Assembly: GCA_964106645.2 (NCBI GenBank)
Contig: OZ067048.1
Origin: Podarcis pityusensis
Taxonomy: Eukaryota
DNA: 64,000 nucleotides
Reading direction: 5' to 3' (one strand)
In this document: one piece after another, positions 61,929 through 64,000 of the stretch
How positions within the stretch are numbered: position 1 is the stretch's first letter
Layout of the letters: every line of letters starts with the position of its first letter
Notes under the pieces: generated by a model
What the model was told of the DNA's origin: nothing
Database searches by the model: none
Seen by the model: the letters and a program-made list of their open reading frames with translations, nothing else
Program-made: the position numbers and the translations under genes

Positions 61929-62993
61929 AAGCATAGATTAACAGTATCGGGGGGGTGTGGCAATCCCCACCTCCAGATGAATTATAAACCCCCAATTCCT
62001 AGTTTTCATTTTTAAAAGGACTAAGTTTTAAGCATGTGTAGAATCTGAGATATGAGGCAAAATGTACAGGTACTATTCCTCTCATTTCTTTGGTGAGAAA
62101 CTACCCTGCTACAACCTTTTCATGTTTTATTTCTCACTCACCGGACCCTGGAAAAATTATTGGATAGGCCCATGGCTGCAAGATAAATGGAATGGGTGAA
62201 AATTTGTATGGCCATTGACAGTCAAAGAGAACGAACCATTATTTACCTCAAAGTGAAGGAGTGGCAAAGCAGGGATGTGACTCCTAACTGAAAGGTTGTT
62301 TGCAGTTTAATTTTCATGCGCAAACAGCATCCCACCCTTTTCTCCACAAAGAAGCAATCAAGGAAATCTGACTAGTGACAGATTTCAGAAGACAACAATG
62401 CCTAGTTGTTGACTGTCACTTTTTCCTTTCAACATGTTGGCAAATATTAGCTTTTGACTTAGGGATTAAATTATCTTTCTTTTTTTTTTTTAGTTAGGGA
62501 TTTTATTATTATTTTAAAGACCAAGGAAAGTAGGTCAGGGGAATTTACCTCCTAACCTAATAAGCTGCAATCCTCCTTGGAAATCTTAAGAAGCGAGACG
62601 GGGGGGGACGGGGGACGTGCGCAGAGAGACACTCTTTCAAACAGCGGAAACTGGAAAGTAAAAACCCAAGCAAAATTGCTTGAACTTGCATAGAAAAACT
62701 GAGATAAAATTTTTCTGCTTCCTAATCCAAAACTCACTATCAATTCTCTTTCACGGGCCTTGTCTAAATGACACTTTGCATTAAAACTTTTCATCTGGGA
62801 CCTTCAGGGGGAAATCTTGCCAAGAGGAGGATATGAAGCCAGCCAAGAAGGGACATTGATGAATCAGTCTTGGAACAGGAAGCAGAACCTTGCAGAATGT
62901 ACAGCAGTGCATAGGATCACCACTGGAACATTGGAAGCTGTGAAACAGATCACTGGCTCAGCACTGTAGCTGGCAGCGGGGGGGATACAGTCT

Positions 62994-63418
62994 CAGACCC
63001 TCCAAGTGTCCCCATTTTCCAGGGACAGCCCTGGATTTACAGAAACCATCCCGGTTTCTGATCGGATCCCATAATGTCCTGCTTTTCCTTAGGACGTCCC
63101 TATTTTCATCAGTGAACTGTTGGAGGGTATGGAGTTATCCGATCTCCTGAGTCATCTGAAGGCAGCCCTGTATGAGGAAGGGTTGTTTTTAAAAAATGTT
63201 TAATGTTTAATTATGTTTTTATATATGTTGGAAGCAGCCCAGAGTGGCTGGAGCAACCCAGTCAGATGGGCAGGGTTTTAAGTAATAAAATTATTATTAT
63301 TATAATTATAATTATAATAATAATAATAATAATTATTATTATTATTATTATTACCACTACTACTACTATAATTGAATAGAACATCCCTATTTTCATTGGA
63401 GAAATGTTAGAGGGTATG
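62994..63418. mobile_element. Composite hAT-like MITE with duplicated right end enclosing an L2 3' tail
   Basis: Left TIR CAGACCCTCCAA; right TIR TT(G/A)GAGGGTATG at both 63131 and 63418; CAGTCT flanks the outer ends. Confidence 0.7.
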
Positions 63419-63463
63419 CAGTCTATTCCAAATACCTAAGCGCTTTATTTATTTACTTACTCC

Positions 63464-63685
63464 CATTGTACCTTGGATCCCGAACGCCTTGCGAGTCAAA
63501 CATTTTGGCTCCCGAACGCTGCAAACCTGGAAGTGAGTGTTTCGGTTTGCGAACGTTCTTTGAAACCCGAACGTTCCATGTGTCTTCCGCGGCTTCCAAT
63601 TGGAAGCCACACCTTGGTTTCCAAAAGTTTTGGAAGTTGAACGGACTTCCGGAACAGATTCCGTTTGACTTCCGAGGTACGACTG
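63464..63685. mobile_element. Tc1/mariner MITE family B
   Basis: ...GTACCTTGGATCC...GAGGTACGACTG|TA; body similar to 17552. Confidence 0.8.
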
Positions 63686-63689
63686 TATT

Positions 63690-63910
63690 ACATTTATGCC
63701 TCACTTTTCCTCTAAGGAGCAAGGTGGGACATGCATGGTTTTCACCTTTCCCCGTTTTACTCTCACGAAAACCCCATAAGGTAGCTTAGGCCAAGAGATG
63801 GTGACTGGCCCAAGGTCACCCAGTGAGCTTTATGTCTGAGTGAGGACGTGAACCCTAGTCTCCTAGGTTCTAGTCTGACACTCCAGTCGTTCCTCCACGG
63901 TGGCTCTTGA
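63690..63910 (-). mobile_element. MIR/CORE-like SINE, older copy
   Basis: gtgactggcccaaggtcacccagtgagc...tgaaccc core. Confidence 0.7.
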
Positions 63911-64000
63911 CATCTTTCACAGTTTTATCCTGTAGCATAGGTTCTTGATGGATAAGCCTTATGGAGGGACACACAAAACCTTTAGTGGCCACACAGAAGG

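Noticed and set aside
62545-62692. Signal-peptide-like minus frame MQVQAILLGFLLSSF... near donor-like GAG|gtaaat
   Set aside because: In-frame TAG before the donor, so not coding; a non-coding exon cannot be excluded.

Overview
Vertebrate genomic DNA from a squamate reptile, most likely a lacertid lizard, inferred from repeat content (Sauria/Squam1 SINEs, Squam3-like SINEs, Bov-B, lizard-type CR1/L2/L1, CAGTGGTACC-ended MITEs). The window lies inside one minus-strand gene of the PDZD2 family. Four consecutive coding exons (18042-18492, 6898-7040, 5074-5206, 2225-2401) have canonical AG/GT boundaries and consistent phases (2-0, 0-2, 2-0, 0-0). They encode the end of PDZ1, a basic linker, the complete second PDZ domain and an acidic linker. 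Everything from 18493 to 64000 is one intron of more than 45 kb; the canonical N-terminal exon lies outside the window. The rest is mostly transposable-element debris, often nested, and most listed ORFs are TE-derived or random. I see no evidence for a wholly new multi-gene system. Best leads: (1) the gene seems too divergent from mammalian PDZD2 to be its ortholog and may be a paralog; (2) two candidate alternative first exons (20933-21153, and 42027-42103 next to a GC/CCAAT box) end in phase-2 donors that splice in frame to exon 18042-18492; (3) a palindromic Penelope-derived element carries hammerhead-ribozyme core motifs; (4) a composite hAT MITE appears to have captured an L2 tail; (5) a DIRS gag relic. 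Family names and sequence comparisons are from memory, not database searches.
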